A stretch of 64,000 bases of DNA from an uncultured Chloroflexia bacterium (GCA_963797095.1 CAWCNY010000008.1:32001-96000), one strand, 5' to 3'. Positions 1 through 10,360 are shown, numbered from the stretch's first letter. Notes: generated by a model not told the origin, from the sequence alone. Numbers and translations are program-made.

Positions 1-77
1 CGCGTCCCTTTGATGATTGGCTCACCGCTCAGGATTTGCTCGTCTCTAATAATATAGAAGTGTCCTGTCGTTTGCAT
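1..77 (-). CDS. DUF433-family antitoxin-like protein (runs off the window edge)
   Basis: Manual translation from ATG at 77: MQTTGHFYIIRDEQILSGEPIIKGTR, the typical DUF433 'I..D..I.GGEP.IKGTR' motif. Confidence 0.7.
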   Translation of the reverse strand, partial: MQTTGHFYIIRDEQILSGEPIIKGT

Positions 78-288
78 ATCGGTGTGCCTCAACTGTTGCT
101 TTTCGCTTCATACCAGTGTCACTTTCCTCTCGACGTCGACGGGAGGAAATAGCTTCTTCCTCGCGATTTTAGCATATCAGTCGATGCGTCAACAAGACGA
201 ACTCGCATTCACTAGAGCACTGATCGAGAAACGACAGCACGGACGCCTGTGATAGCGTGATCTTGTGACCTTGTGACCTTGTGATTTC

Positions 289-662
289 ATGATATTGACC
301 GATACCGGTCCTATAGTTGCCCTGCTCAATTGCTCGATGCAGATGATCCCGATCATCCTGCCTATTTAGCTGCTGCGCAAAAGTTGTCGGCTGGCCCGTT
401 GCTCACCACATGGCCGTGCTTTACAGAAGCCATATATTCGCTTGGATCGGTTGGCGGGTATCCTGATCAAGCCAAACTCTGGCGAATGCTTGAGGAGAGG
501 CGACTGGTTTTGCACGACCTCACTCCCGTGGAGTTGGAACGTATGCCGATTCTAATGCGGAAATATAGCGACACTCCAATGGATCTGGTGGGCCCTTATC
601 CGGTCGGCGAGGTCCGGGTGATTGACGCTGTTACTGAAACCGAATCGGGCGCGATGCAATAG
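289..662 (+). pseudogene. PIN-domain (VapC-like) toxin, frameshifted and 3'-truncated
   Basis: ATG 289 gives MILTDTGPIVALL; removing the 8-bp insert AATTGCTC (~328-335) joins it to LDADDPDH...TTWPCFTEA...KYSDTPMDL; the expected 'ADASLV' continuation is missing. Confidence 0.7.
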
Positions 663-738
663 CGATTCAGATCGCGCGAAGCGCGCCACGCACTTCGCCT
701 GAAGGATGGCTAAAGGTATGGGCTCGAATGACGATACA

Positions 739-1071
739 CTACCAGGGGAAGTTGCCGGGATCAAAGACTGCTACTCTCTGACCGCCGCGCTGTGCCATCT
801 CGCCGTCCCACCTAACCCCAGGAAGGCCTAGCTGTTGGGCGGTGGCTACATACACTGCGTCTCCGGCCCTCAACCGCAAAGCAGCCGCTTCGGTCGCGGA
901 ATGCTGCATCAGTTGGCCGCTCATCGGAACTATCGAGATCTGCGATAGTGAGTAGACGCTGGTAGAGGTCCTCAGGCCATTAATCTGTGGGAAGCGAAGC
1001 GTCGCCGGAGTTACGGCGACTGGAGAGGGAGAAGACCCAGGAGGTGCAGGCGGATTGCTGGAGGCGGTCAC
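739..1071 (-). pseudogene. Decayed PIN-domain toxin
   Basis: C-terminal PIN motif 'LRLRAGDAVYVATAQQLGLPGVRWD' present, N-terminal acidic motif absent; directly downstream of a Phd-type antitoxin. Confidence 0.6.
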
Positions 1072-1077
1072 AGCGCT

Positions 1078-1344
1078 CTAGCTCCGCACATCCCTCATCA
1101 ACTCGACTGCATCAACGGACTGAACGCCTTGCCTCTCCAACTCCTGCCCGATCTCTTGAGACATACTGTCCCACTCAGCCCAAAAGTCAGTCAGGTCTTT
1201 TGGGGTGGAGCGGCCGTACACGGGGATGATCCGCGCCACGATTATCCCATTCCGGGTAATATCAATGTGGTGCCCTGTCTGGTCTATTTGCCGAAGCATC
1301 TCGTCCGAGTGGGCTGCCAGATAGTTGGCTTCAATTGTGGTCAT
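1078..1344 (-). CDS. Phd/YefM-family antitoxin
   Basis: MTTIEANYLAAHSDEMLRQIDQTGHHIDITRNGIIVARIIPV fits the Phd fold pattern; start chosen at ATG 1344. Confidence 0.75.
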   Translation of the reverse strand: MTTIEANYLAAHSDEMLRQIDQTGHHIDITRNGIIVARIIPVYGRSTPKDLTDFWAEWDSMSQEIGQELERQGVQSVDAVELMRDVRS

Positions 1345-1702
1345 TGAGTAGATCCTTCTCCTACGAACGGTCTGAGTGAGGGGGACTCTCAATTGCTATA
1401 ATCGTGCCTATTACAACCCCTCCATAGAATTATAACATGCCCGAGGTGCCACTGATAACGAGACACAGCTTGATTTTGCCATGCCTATCCGGATGTTACA
1501 CAAGGGCCAGCTAAAGGAGGTACTCGCTGCAGCGGTTTCCTTAGTCTCAGCCGGTTAGCCGCGGCCCCGCTACTACCGCATCACCCGAACGGTGCGTCCA
1601 ACACAAACGTGGTTGTCCCTCTTTCGTGGTAGTATTATCACCCTGGGACCTTTGGAGCATGTTCATCAAAATCGATGGCTGTTTTAGAACTTAAGTGCTA
1701 TA

Positions 1703-2152
1703 ATGAGAGACAAGAATCTGGTAGGCAAAGACACATTCAGGACACATTTAAGGCACCTACTTATGAACTACAATCAGGAAAAAGCATTACGCCACCCCAT
1801 ATTAGGAACGATCCCCGTCAGCACATCCGCTCAGCCGCGCATCACCTCCCAGGACGGGTACCGTCTCTCGGTGAGCCTCACCGTCATCGCCGATAAGGGC
1901 ACTGTTCAATCGAACGACGGCCGAGCGATATGGCACTGCACGGTTGCGATACTCAAAAAGGGTAGTGAAGCGATTACGGTCGAAGAGTGGACCCCTGAAG
2001 CGCACGAACTGGCACAGCAGATGGGCGAGGAGAGTCTCGAAGGGATTGGCGACCGTGACACGCTTTTTAGCAGCGAGACGGACGAATATGTGCTACACTT
2101 ATACCTCGCTCTTACCGAAGAAGAGCAGGAGATGCTTCCTCCGGTGCAGTAA
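1703..2152 (+). CDS. Hypothetical protein
   Basis: 149-aa ORF with globular, acidic composition; start uncertain. Confidence 0.55.
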   Translation: MRDKNLVGKDTFRTHLRHLLMNYNQEKALRHPILGTIPVSTSAQPRITSQDGYRLSVSLTVIADKGTVQSNDGRAIWHCTVAILKKGSEAITVEEWTPEAHELAQQMGEESLEGIGDRDTLFSSETDEYVLHLYLALTEEEQEMLPPVQ

Positions 2153-2240
2153 ACATACCAGCCGTGGCTGGAGCGTACCGCCTGGCCTCAAGACCCCTCT
2201 TGAGATACCGCAATATCACCTGTCTGGCACTGAACCTGGA

Positions 2241-2315
2241 TGGGCGGGCGGCGACTTCGACCCTCAAGAGTTCGACCTGGAGGATACCAACGACGCGCTG
2301 AAGAGGGTGCGCTAG
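2241..2315 (+). pseudogene. 3' remnant of a pRiA4b ORF-3-like gene
   Basis: WAGGDFDPQEFDLEDTNDALKRVR* is nearly identical to the end of 10718..11599 (WAGGDFDPEAFDMEEVNDALKRVR*). Confidence 0.8.
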
Positions 2316-2491
2316 AGCACGACTTCGCCTGTAGACTGAACTGCGCAGGCAGCTCGCGGATATTGCGTTCCTAACCCGTGCCAGACGAGGATCACTCGCA
2401 CGTATGGCGAACTACCGTGCTATAATGGGACTGGGACGGTCACAGGAGCGGCTAACACAGGAGTGGGTAGGCCAAAGGTAATGGCATAAAT

Positions 2492-2794
2492 ATGCGAACC
2501 CAGTCAACCGATACAGATCCGATAATTGAGCGAATACAGATCGCAGGGCTGCGGCGACTGACGCCAGGCCAACGCTTTCAAATGGCTAACAGTCTCACCC
2601 GAAGTGCTTTCACCTTATCCTGGAGTAACTTCCGGCGCAAGCACGCCGACCTGGACGAGCGTGAGGCAGCCTTGCTCTGGGTGCGACTGCTGTATGGGGA
2701 TGACCTGGCAGAGCGCGTGTCTGCGCACCTGGAGCACCTGGAGCACCTGGAGCACCTGGAGCACCCGGGACATCGACATAGCTCAAGAGGGTGA
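2492..2794 (+). CDS. Small partner protein of the nucleotidyltransferase (putative TA component)
   Basis: 'DT...ERIQIAGLRRLTPGQRF' type protein 4 bp upstream of an NTase-like gene; contains (GCACCTGGA)4 encoding HLE repeats. Confidence 0.65.
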   Translation: MRTQSTDTDPIIERIQIAGLRRLTPGQRFQMANSLTRSAFTLSWSNFRRKHADLDEREAALLWVRLLYGDDLAERVSAHLEHLEHLEHLEHPGHRHSSRG

Positions 2795-2798
2795 GTTC

Positions 2799-3383
2799 AT
2801 GATTCCCCCCGACTGGGTACCCGTTTTGCAGCCGGTCATTCACGCATTTGACGGGCTCGGTGTGCTCTATCAAGTGGGTGGCTCCCTTGCCTCCTCAGCA
2901 TGGGGCCTCCCTCGCTCCACCCAGGACGCCGACCTTGTGGCAGACCTACAGCTTCAGCATGTGGAACCGCTCGTGGCTCAGTTGCTCGACAGTTACTACG
3001 TTGACGCCTCCATGATCCGTGAAGCGATTGTACAGCAAAGCTCCTTCAATCTCCTGCACCTGGCTACCATGCTCAAAGTTGACGTATTTATTCCTAAGCG
3101 CAGCGCGTTTGACGAGGTAGCGTTTCAGCGCGCCCGCCCACAATGGCTGGACGCACCGCAATCGGAACAGGTACTCTTCACCTCTCCGGAGGACATAATC
3201 CTGCACAAACTGGTTTGGTACCGGTCGGGTGGCGAGGTGTCTGAGCGGCAATGGCTGGACGTTCTCGGCGTGCTGAAGGTGCAGGCAGAGGACCTGGATG
3301 TCACCTACTTACGGGATTGGGCTGCGAGGCTCGGCGTTTCTGAACTCCTCGCGCGAACCTGGCAAGAAGCAGGGCTCCTATAG
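2799..3383 (+). CDS. Nucleotidyltransferase-fold protein (AbiEii/DUF6036-like)
   Basis: 'YQVGGSLASSAWGLPRSTQDADLV' GS + DxD motif, 'SPEDIILHKL', 'RQWLDV'; start at ATG 2799. Confidence 0.75.
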   Translation: MIPPDWVPVLQPVIHAFDGLGVLYQVGGSLASSAWGLPRSTQDADLVADLQLQHVEPLVAQLLDSYYVDASMIREAIVQQSSFNLLHLATMLKVDVFIPKRSAFDEVAFQRARPQWLDAPQSEQVLFTSPEDIILHKLVWYRSGGEVSERQWLDVLGVLKVQAEDLDVTYLRDWAARLGVSELLARTWQEAGLL

Positions 3384-3475
3384 AATCAAAGACATCATTA
3401 CCGTGTATGTGTAGGGGCGGCTACTCTGTAGTTGGCAACATGGATGCCTCAGCAGAACATTCGCACCAGGTTGCC

Positions 3476-3517
3476 AGCCGTTATTATACTCTTCGGCCGA
3501 AGAGTATAATAACGGCT
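3476..3517. repeat. Perfect 42-bp palindrome (candidate recombinase/att site)
   Basis: AGCCGTTATTATACTCTTCGG|CCGAAGAGTATAATAACGGCT. Confidence 0.9.
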
Positions 3518-3547
3518 CCAGCAGTGATACACGGGTACAATAGGGGA

Positions 3548-3586
3548 GCCACTAAGGGAGCTACTTCGAGAGGCTCCCTTAGTGGC
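3548..3586 (-). terminator. Hairpin downstream of the integrase
   Basis: 14-bp arms GCCACTAAGGGAGC / GCTCCCTTAGTGGC with an 11-nt loop. Confidence 0.55.
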
Positions 3587-3610
3587 CTAATTTGAAACTG
3601 GGCCGCCGCT

Positions 3611-4752
3611 CTAGCCTTCCGTGAGCAGCGCATTCATCCTGTCGGCAGCTTCTTTCTGCAACGCCGGAATGACGTGGGAATAGGTATCCATAGTGAGGCT
3701 GATCTGGCTGTGGCCGAGCGTCTCCATCACCACGCGAGGGTGCACTCCCCGGGCCAGCAGAAGCGAAGCGCATGTGTGGCGCAGGTCGTGGGAGCGGATA
3801 TGGGGAAGGCCTGCACGCTGCAGCGCTTCCTGGAAGAGGCGGGAGGCGTTTCTCGGGTCGAGGGATGTGCCGATCGTCGAGGTGAAGACCAGCCCGCTCT
3901 CTTTCCAGCGGGTGCCTGCAGCAAGCCTCTCCTCCAGCTGGCTGATACGGTGGGAGCGCAAGGCGTTCACGGTCACCTGGGGCATGAAGATCGTGCGGCG
4001 GCTCTTCCGGGTCTTAGGCTCGACAAGCTGGGGCTTGCCGTCGATGCGCTGGAGGGGGTATCGGACGTTCAGCGTGCACTTGCCCATGTCGACGTCTTCC
4101 CAGCGAAGGCCGAGTGCTTCACCCTGTCGCAAACCGAGCGCGATAGCCACCGAGTAAAGGGCTTCCAAGCGGTCGCCGCGTACCGTGTTGAGGAAAGTGC
4201 GCGCTTCCTCGGGGAGAGGGAGCGCATCTCGTAACGGCGCGACCTGGGCGAGTCCACCAGCTGCGCTACATTGCGCGGCACGAGCGACCACTTGTACGCT
4301 CGTCCCAGTGCCATTTTGAGAATAGCATGGCAGTATCGTACGGTGCGGGGCGATAGGCCTCTTTTGAGCAGCTTGTTCAATAGCTGCTGGATTTCCTGCG
4401 GGCTGAGCTTGCCAAGCTGGATGTGACCGAGCTCGGGCCGAATGTACAGGCGCACGAGTTGTGCATAGCTGTCGTACGCCTTGGGCCGGACGCGGGGTCG
4501 CGCTGAATCTTCAAGCCATTTGCTCAGAAATTCGCCAACCGTCTGGCGCTCGACCGAGACAGGCAGGCCCTGCTGTCGGGTGTGAGGACCGCTTTTGAGC
4601 TGGTCGACCACCTCCCGGCGCGTCTTACCGTAGTAGACTTTACGTTGCCTCTTGCCATCCTGGTAGCCGAGGTCAATCCTGGCTTCCCATCTCCCGTCTT
4701 TGCGCTGCGTGATCCCGCCGTCGCCGTGCCCGCGTCGCTTCTCCGCCGCCAT
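3611..4752 (-). CDS. Tyrosine recombinase/phage-type integrase, split by a 1-nt frameshift near 4210
   Basis: N-terminal arm-binding/SAM-like part (4752 ORF) plus catalytic part with GLRQGE, HDLRH, LGHS and TMDTYSH; one extra C in CTCTCCCCGAG restores 'SLSPEEARTFL'. Confidence 0.9.
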
Positions 4753-4954
4753 CGCTTTGTCCTCCAGTCTCCTGTGCCGTTTCTTCCTCGTTTCCTGCAG
4801 GCAGAATGTCTTTGCCTTGCTGAGTATCGCGCGCCAGCCGGTCGATAGCCAGCATGATCACCGTACTTTCGGACATATCGAACCTGCTCGCAAGGTCTTT
4901 CAGTTGAGCTATTGTATAGCTCGATAGACGCACATTTACCTGCTGTCTTGGCAT
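4673..4954 (-). CDS. Ribbon-helix-helix-like DNA-binding protein upstream of the integrase
   Basis: MPRQQVNVRLSSYTIAQLKDLASRFDMSESTVIMLAIDRL fits the RHH/CopG pattern. Confidence 0.6.
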   Translation of the reverse strand: MPRQQVNVRLSSYTIAQLKDLASRFDMSESTVIMLAIDRLARDTQQGKDILPAGNEEETAQETGGQSDGGGEATRARRRRDHAAQRREMGSQD

Positions 4955-5083
4955 ATCTGCTCCATAACGCCTCCGTTCCTGCGATCCTTGGATCACTTCG
5001 CAGACCAACTTCCCCGCTGCCCGGCCATTGGCCTGTTATACCTTATTAGCACACCCTTCACCAACAGATGACTGAACAATTAG

Positions 5084-5100
5084 TATAGCATAATGCTATA
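5084..5100. promoter_or_regulatory. AT-rich palindrome, possible operator
   Basis: TATAGCAT-A-ATGCTATA next to TATAAT, between the divergent RHH/integrase and AbiEi genes. Confidence 0.4.
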
Positions 5101-5249
5101 TATAATGCAATATCTCCGGCCAAGAAAGGTGCTCCGAATCTTGAGTTGGCAGGTGAAAGCTAGCGTCCTGCTAACCTGAGAAAGGAAGTCACTACGGCCG
5201 GAACATGTAGAAAACTCATATATGGTATTATTTTCCCGCACGATCTTCC

Positions 5250-5684
5250 TTGCTACGCGGCATCTTGCGGTTGGTAGAAGAGGAGTACGACCTGAGAATC
5301 AGCAAACAAAGAGCTTTGATGGCGATCGCAAAAGACCAGGGTGGCTATTTCACCGCCCAACAGGCGCTGGCGGCGGGTTACACATACCAGGAGCAGCGAC
5401 ACCATACGTTGCGAGGCAACTGGGACAAGATCGAGAGACGCATCTATCGCTTCCCGGAGTTTCCGGAGCCGCGGTACCCTCAGCGGGATGACCTGGTGGT
5501 CCTGACGCTTATCAGCCACGATAGACGGGGAGAGCCGCAAGCCGTGGCATCCCATGAGACGCTGGGAATCTCACCTTTGGTCATATCGTCCATTGTAACG
5601 CCTTCTCCCTTCTCATCGAGCGTAATCGCAAACGCCACGCACAGCACGTACAGCCAAAAGCCACCAAGCCAAGGCGATGCATAG
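5250..5684 (+). pseudogene. Type IV TA AbiEi-family antitoxin, N-terminal part only
   Basis: 'IAKDQGGYFTAQQA...RGNWDKIERRIYR...AVASHET' then similarity is lost. Confidence 0.7.
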
Positions 5685-5744
5685 TGACGCAGCATGTAGA
5701 TGCATCTGCAGATTTGTAGCACTCGGCCTCGCGCTCATTTAGCC

Positions 5745-6500
5745 TCATTTGGCAGTCAGATCTTTGTCATCCATTTCCCAAGCGTGGTCGAGGGTGTGAA
5801 AGGCGGTGTGCCGGATGAGGTACCGCAGCGGCCACTTGCGAGCCATCTTGTTCTGGGAATGCAACTCCCGAATTGCGTTGCAGTATGCATCGCGATGGAG
5901 ACTCAGTCCCTCGTCGGTCAGCATCTCCTCCCAAGGCGTAAGCACCCCTACCTTCTTTGTGAAGTCCAGCTCCGAGAAGAGCGTATGACGGACGATGCGG
6001 TCCCGATCTCGCCCCCCGCCTCGCGGACCCTTCTGCATCTCAGCCGACACGCGAAAACGCACATCGTCGAAAAACGCCCAGCACGAGCGCATCAGCGCCA
6101 GTTCACGCTCCAATGCTTCGCCTGACATGGCCTGCTGGTCGATACGCGAAAAGGCGAACGAGATACCCCAGAAGTCGGTTGAGCCCGTGCCCGGATACTG
6201 CTCGACCACGTCAACTGCTTTTTCGACAGCGCTGCTGGTGGTGCTGGCAGTACTGATCGCAAACTCGGCCTCCAGCCCAGCCAGCTTTGCCACCGGAGCG
6301 TAGCGTGGAACGTAGGACACCAACCGTTCGATCGCAGCCTCCTCGGTCGTTGACCCGCGCTCCAGACCGGGCCAGTCCGGTGCCACCGCCACCACTCTCT
6401 TGCCTCTCAATCCGATTTCCAGCGTCACTCGAAGGTTGTTGGTTTCGTTAGCGTCATTAGCTTCGTTAGCGTCGTTACAATTCTTACTAGGGTTACCCAT
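5745..6500 (-). CDS. Conserved hypothetical protein (HicB-like N-terminus, DinB-like C-terminus)
   Basis: 'VAVAPDWPGLERG', 'KGPRGGGRDRDRIVRH', 'WPLRYLIRHTAFHTLDHAWEM'; RBS GGAGGAG. Confidence 0.7.
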   Translation of the reverse strand: MGNPSKNCNDANEANDANETNNLRVTLEIGLRGKRVVAVAPDWPGLERGSTTEEAAIERLVSYVPRYAPVAKLAGLEAEFAISTASTTSSAVEKAVDVVEQYPGTGSTDFWGISFAFSRIDQQAMSGEALERELALMRSCWAFFDDVRFRVSAEMQKGPRGGGRDRDRIVRHTLFSELDFTKKVGVLTPWEEMLTDEGLSLHRDAYCNAIRELHSQNKMARKWPLRYLIRHTAFHTLDHAWEMDDKDLTAK

Positions 6501-6637
6501 GGCTCCTCCTTAGCTCCTTAGGCATGAGCTTGCATGTACTGTGTAAGGGTAAGGGTAAGGGTAAGCTTCCAGACATGGACACCTGCACAAGCGAGTGCAA
6601 TGAGGGCACCCAGCAGCCATGAGTGCCCTTGTTTGCC

Positions 6638-7531
6638 CTATGCCTGATACGAACCTATGCTCTGCTCAATGCTCAATTCATCGAAGGCTTGCCCTATCAC
6701 GTTTGGAAGACGTTCTTCCTCTCCGCGAGGGGCAAGTTTGTGTAGCTGCTGTGCAACACGCGTGATGGTGGTCTCTCGGTCCCATCTGCCGGCGAGCGAT
6801 TCTCCAACCTGAGTATGCAGGGAGATAAACCAAAGTCTTAAGTCAGTCAGAGCATCAGCCCCTTGGATTGGACCATGACCGGGAATGACGTGCTCAACTC
6901 CCAGAGCTTCGAGCTTTTCCAGAGCCTCGATCCAGTTCACCACGCTCCCGCCGGAAGGCACCCCTGCAGCGCCATGGTTCCAGACCGGCACCTGGGCATT
7001 GAAGAGGAGATCGCCCGTAAACAAGGTGCGCGATTGGGGCAACCATGCGACGCTATCGCTCGGACTGTGCGCTCGGGCAAGATAGAGCAGTTGCACCTCA
7101 ATATCACCAATGAACACCGTCATCCTATCCTGGAAGGTGAGCGTGGGAGGAGTAATGACCACATCGCTTACCAATGCTGCTGTATCGGGATTCTGGCGCC
7201 AACGAGCAAGCGCCCCCTCTCCATGGGCAACCAGAGAATCTCGTACACCTCTGTGCGCGATGATGGGACAATCCGCAAATACCTGGTTCCCATACACATG
7301 ATCGCTGTGGAGATGCGTATTGAAAAGGTACAACGCACCGTCCCCGTCTCTATGACGTTCCTGTGCGGCATGTGCCGCAGCGGCAGCGCGTAAAGGAGCT
7401 GCTTCGGCCACGCCAATGCCAGAATCGACCACGAGCACGTTCCCGCCCTGAGAGATCAAACCGCGATTGCAGATTCCTCCAAGGGCGGCATGCACGCCCG
7501 GAGCAATCTCCTGAATGCTCAAATCAGACAT
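6638..7531 (-). CDS. MBL-fold metallo-hydrolase (cyclase-like)
   Basis: THLHSDH, AHSPSD, FTGDL and PGHG motifs. Confidence 0.9.
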   Translation of the reverse strand: MSDLSIQEIAPGVHAALGGICNRGLISQGGNVLVVDSGIGVAEAAPLRAAAAAHAAQERHRDGDGALYLFNTHLHSDHVYGNQVFADCPIIAHRGVRDSLVAHGEGALARWRQNPDTAALVSDVVITPPTLTFQDRMTVFIGDIEVQLLYLARAHSPSDSVAWLPQSRTLFTGDLLFNAQVPVWNHGAAGVPSGGSVVNWIEALEKLEALGVEHVIPGHGPIQGADALTDLRLWFISLHTQVGESLAGRWDRETTITRVAQQLHKLAPRGEEERLPNVIGQAFDELSIEQSIGSYQA

Positions 7532-7636
7532 TTCTTTCCCCTTTCCAGCGTCGCCCTAATTCGGTTGGTGTCGTTCGTGTTGTTGGTGTTGCTCTTATGG
7601 TTACCCATGGCTCCACAGTTCCTCCTTAGGACCTCC

Positions 7637-8326
7637 TTAGGATGTAAACAGTTTCCAATGGCCTTCGGTCACGACTTCAACGGTCCCCCTGGTCCCGTTG
7701 GTCCCATCGGTCACTTTGAGGGCGGTGTCATCGTCGATTGCGTAGAGGGGCACTGGCACCTCGGCCGCCATTCTTTCTACGTTGGCCGTGGAACTTTCCG
7801 GGTGATCCTCGTGATCCAGGTGCGGAAGCAACGCAAAGTCAACCAATCCCAGCCCCTCATCTATGACGTAGGGCGTATTCGGGTCGTCGTACGTCTCACC
7901 GTATATAGGGGCTGTCACCATACTGCCTGCGCTTATCCCCACATAGACTGTCTCGCGCAGTTCGGGCGAGGACAGGAGGTCTGCCAAGCCCGACTCTCGC
8001 ATCCAGCGGCACAGATACAGAATATCGCCACCATACACCAACAGGGCGTCAGTCTCCTGGACAGCTGCGATCCAGTACTCTGCTTTGATGCTTGGAAGCG
8101 CGGTGAGCTCCAGCACCCCCAACGACTGCCACCCCAATTCGCATATGGGAGTGGGGGCTGATCCGCTGATAAAGCGGTAGGCCATTTGAGGCCCGCCGGG
8201 GAAGGGGAGGATCGCAGTGGGAATGCACAGGGCGCTACACTCTGCAATGGGTTTGCCCAGGAGGTCGACCAGAGCGTTGTGGATGCTCGTATTCTTGATG
8301 CCAGCGGACGTGAGCAAAAGTTTCAT
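7637..8326 (-). CDS. pepE: Peptidase S51 (dipeptidase E-like)
   Basis: MKLLLTSAG start, 'YVGISAGS' nucleophile motif, 'PH', 'YAIDD'. Confidence 0.85.
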   Translation of the reverse strand: MKLLLTSAGIKNTSIHNALVDLLGKPIAECSALCIPTAILPFPGGPQMAYRFISGSAPTPICELGWQSLGVLELTALPSIKAEYWIAAVQETDALLVYGGDILYLCRWMRESGLADLLSSPELRETVYVGISAGSMVTAPIYGETYDDPNTPYVIDEGLGLVDFALLPHLDHEDHPESSTANVERMAAEVPVPLYAIDDDTALKVTDGTNGTRGTVEVVTEGHWKLFTS

Positions 8327-8372
8327 GTTGCCTCGTGCCTCTCCTTGCCGAACAATCGCTGCGCTAAATGCG

Positions 8373-8843
8373 CTAAAACTCGGGAGTTTCAAAGCCAAGC
8401 ACACCCAGCATGAGGGCAAGCTCCCCAGCATGGCACAGGTCGTGGTCGAGCATACCCCAGACGGTGCGCAGCCCATTCGCCTCCTGCTCGGAAACAGGGG
8501 CAGGATCGTCCCTGGTGGAAGGCTCGATATAGGCGCGCCATATCCGCCATGTGTGCTTAAGCCCGGTCACGATCTCGGCGACTGAGCGCGGCGGGTCGTC
8601 CGGCTCGTCCCAACTCATCATCGGCTCAAGCGATGGGTCCTCCACGACCCTGTGTACCCACAGAGCACGCCCGCGCACTATGTGCTCGGCCTGCTCTCCT
8701 AACGTGCGCACATTGGGTGCGATGCGCATGCTGATTTGTTCGTCGGTTAGCAGCGAAACCACTCGCACCAGTTCATCCTGCATGAACTGCCAAATCTCCA
8801 GTGCTCGCTCCGCCGCGATTTGCGATTTTGTCATTGGCCTCAC
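8373..8843 (-). CDS. DinB-family protein
   Basis: 'RTLGEQAEHI' and 'DHDLCHAGEL' His triad. Confidence 0.8.
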   Translation of the reverse strand: MRPMTKSQIAAERALEIWQFMQDELVRVVSLLTDEQISMRIAPNVRTLGEQAEHIVRGRALWVHRVVEDPSLEPMMSWDEPDDPPRSVAEIVTGLKHTWRIWRAYIEPSTRDDPAPVSEQEANGLRTVWGMLDHDLCHAGELALMLGVLGFETPEF

Positions 8844-8846
8844 TCC

Positions 8847-9479
8847 CTACCCATCCTTTTCCCTTTCCCTTTTGACCCGGAAGCGCGTGTGCGTCACGTC
8901 AGGAGCCAGCACCGCCACAGTGCGCTCCAGCTTGATCGGCTCGACCCCCAGGTATTCAAACAGGCGGATGCCCCGGCCTAGCAACACCGGCACCAGGTCT
9001 ATCTCGATCTCGTCGACAAGGCCTGCCTTGAGCGCCTGCTGTGCTACGTTGGCGCCACCCACGATCACCGTCTTTTCACCGGCCACCTTTTTCGCCTGCT
9101 CTATCGCGCTCTCTACACCGCCGGTACCATCGGAGGCATCAGTGACAAAGGTGAAAGGCGCGTCGCGGGGCCAGCCGTCGGGGAGTTCAGGCAGGCTGTG
9201 GCTGACAACGAAGGTCGGCACGTTGAGTGGATGGCTGCCGCCCCAGCCGTGGGCCAGGTCGAACATGCGCCGGCCGGTCACAAACGCGCCCACCATCTGC
9301 CACAGGTCGCGCAACACCATCGCGGTGGGGGGCGAAACATGTACAGTCATCTTGCCGTTTGGAAGGACGACCTCCGTGTCGCCGGTATCGAACCAATCGA
9401 ACAGCCCCTCGGTGCTGTCGTCGGGGTTGGCGATAAAGCCATCGAGGGACATCGTGAAGCCCGCCAAAACAGTCGCCAT
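8847..9479 (-). CDS. Dihydrofolate reductase/RibD C-terminal family protein
   Basis: MSLDGFIA, GRRMF, GGANVAQQ, PVLLGRGIRLF. Confidence 0.9.
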   Translation of the reverse strand: MATVLAGFTMSLDGFIANPDDSTEGLFDWFDTGDTEVVLPNGKMTVHVSPPTAMVLRDLWQMVGAFVTGRRMFDLAHGWGGSHPLNVPTFVVSHSLPELPDGWPRDAPFTFVTDASDGTGGVESAIEQAKKVAGEKTVIVGGANVAQQALKAGLVDEIEIDLVPVLLGRGIRLFEYLGVEPIKLERTVAVLAPDVTHTRFRVKREREKDG

Positions 9480-9550
9480 AGTGCTAAACCTCCCGTACTA
9501 GACGCATTCTTTGAACAACTGAGTAAGCTTGCTCACCTTGGTCACCTTGC

Positions 9551-10285
9551 TTACGCAATTCTTATCAGCTCCGCTCGGTCGTTGGCAGGATTGTTCACGC
9601 CTCGCCCAACCCGGTATGCGCTGATCTGGGTGTCAGGGTAAGGTCGGAGCAGGCTCAAGAGCCGTTCTGTCTCGTTCATGCCGGGATCGAGCCAGAGTTG
9701 CTCATCTTCCCTCGAAAGGATCACAGGCATCCTCTCATGCAGAGCGCGTATTCTTGGGCTCGCCTCGGTGGTGATGATAGTATAGGTCAGCAGCCGCTCA
9801 CCGTACGGTCCCTTCCACACGTCGTATAGCCCGGCCAGCGCCATTATCCGGTTCTCGTCCTTGTTGTCACCGCGGTTGCCACCAGTTATCTGCACGCGGT
9901 AAGGTTGCTTTCCCCCGGCGCCGCTAGAGGCAGCCCACTCAAAGTAGCCGGTGGCGGGCACCAGGCAGCGCTTGCCGGTGAGCAGCTTGCGAAACGCGGG
10001 CTTCTGGGTGATGGTTTCGGCTCTCGCGTTTATCGTGGAAAAGCTTGTCCTCGCCTCCTTAGCCCAGCCAGGCACCAGTCCCCACTTCATCAGGGCCAGG
10101 CGCTTCTCCTGGTCATCAGCGGTCACACCCCTCACGACCACCGGACTTAGCTGGCTGGGAGCGATGTTGTATCTCGGTTGCCACGCTCCCAGGCCCTGGG
10201 CGACCTGTCCCGCTTGCTCCGCGGCGACACCAAACCTCGCCGCCAGTGCTTGTCCAATGACTACCAGATCGTACCTTCCGCACAT
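9551..10285 (-). CDS. SOS response-associated peptidase (SRAP/YedK)
   Basis: N-terminal MCGRY, YNIAPSQ, WGL, NARAET, HERMPV. Confidence 0.92.
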   Translation of the reverse strand: MCGRYDLVVIGQALAARFGVAAEQAGQVAQGLGAWQPRYNIAPSQLSPVVVRGVTADDQEKRLALMKWGLVPGWAKEARTSFSTINARAETITQKPAFRKLLTGKRCLVPATGYFEWAASSGAGGKQPYRVQITGGNRGDNKDENRIMALAGLYDVWKGPYGERLLTYTIITTEASPRIRALHERMPVILSREDEQLWLDPGMNETERLLSLLRPYPDTQISAYRVGRGVNNPANDRAELIRIA

Positions 10286-10331
10286 AACACACCTCCCGGT
10301 TCGCAAGTATCTTCACTATTCTCGCACTCCG

Positions 10332-10360
10332 ATTATAGAACAAATGAGCTAGGAATGCAA
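10332..10360 (-). promoter_or_regulatory. Sigma70-type promoter of the SRAP gene with an overlapping LexA-like box
   Basis: Minus strand TTGCAT-17 bp-TATAAT; the spacer contains AGCTCATTTGTTCT (imperfect AGAAC-N4-GTTCT). Confidence 0.6.

Noticed and set aside
3476-3517. Protelomerase (hairpin telomere) target site
   Set aside because: The adjacent enzyme looks like an ordinary arm-binding phage-type integrase, the second copy is imperfect, and sequence continues normally on both sides.
4200-4230. Programmed ribosomal frameshift in the integrase
   Set aside because: No canonical slippery heptamer or stimulator; a one-base loss in a C-run explains it more simply.
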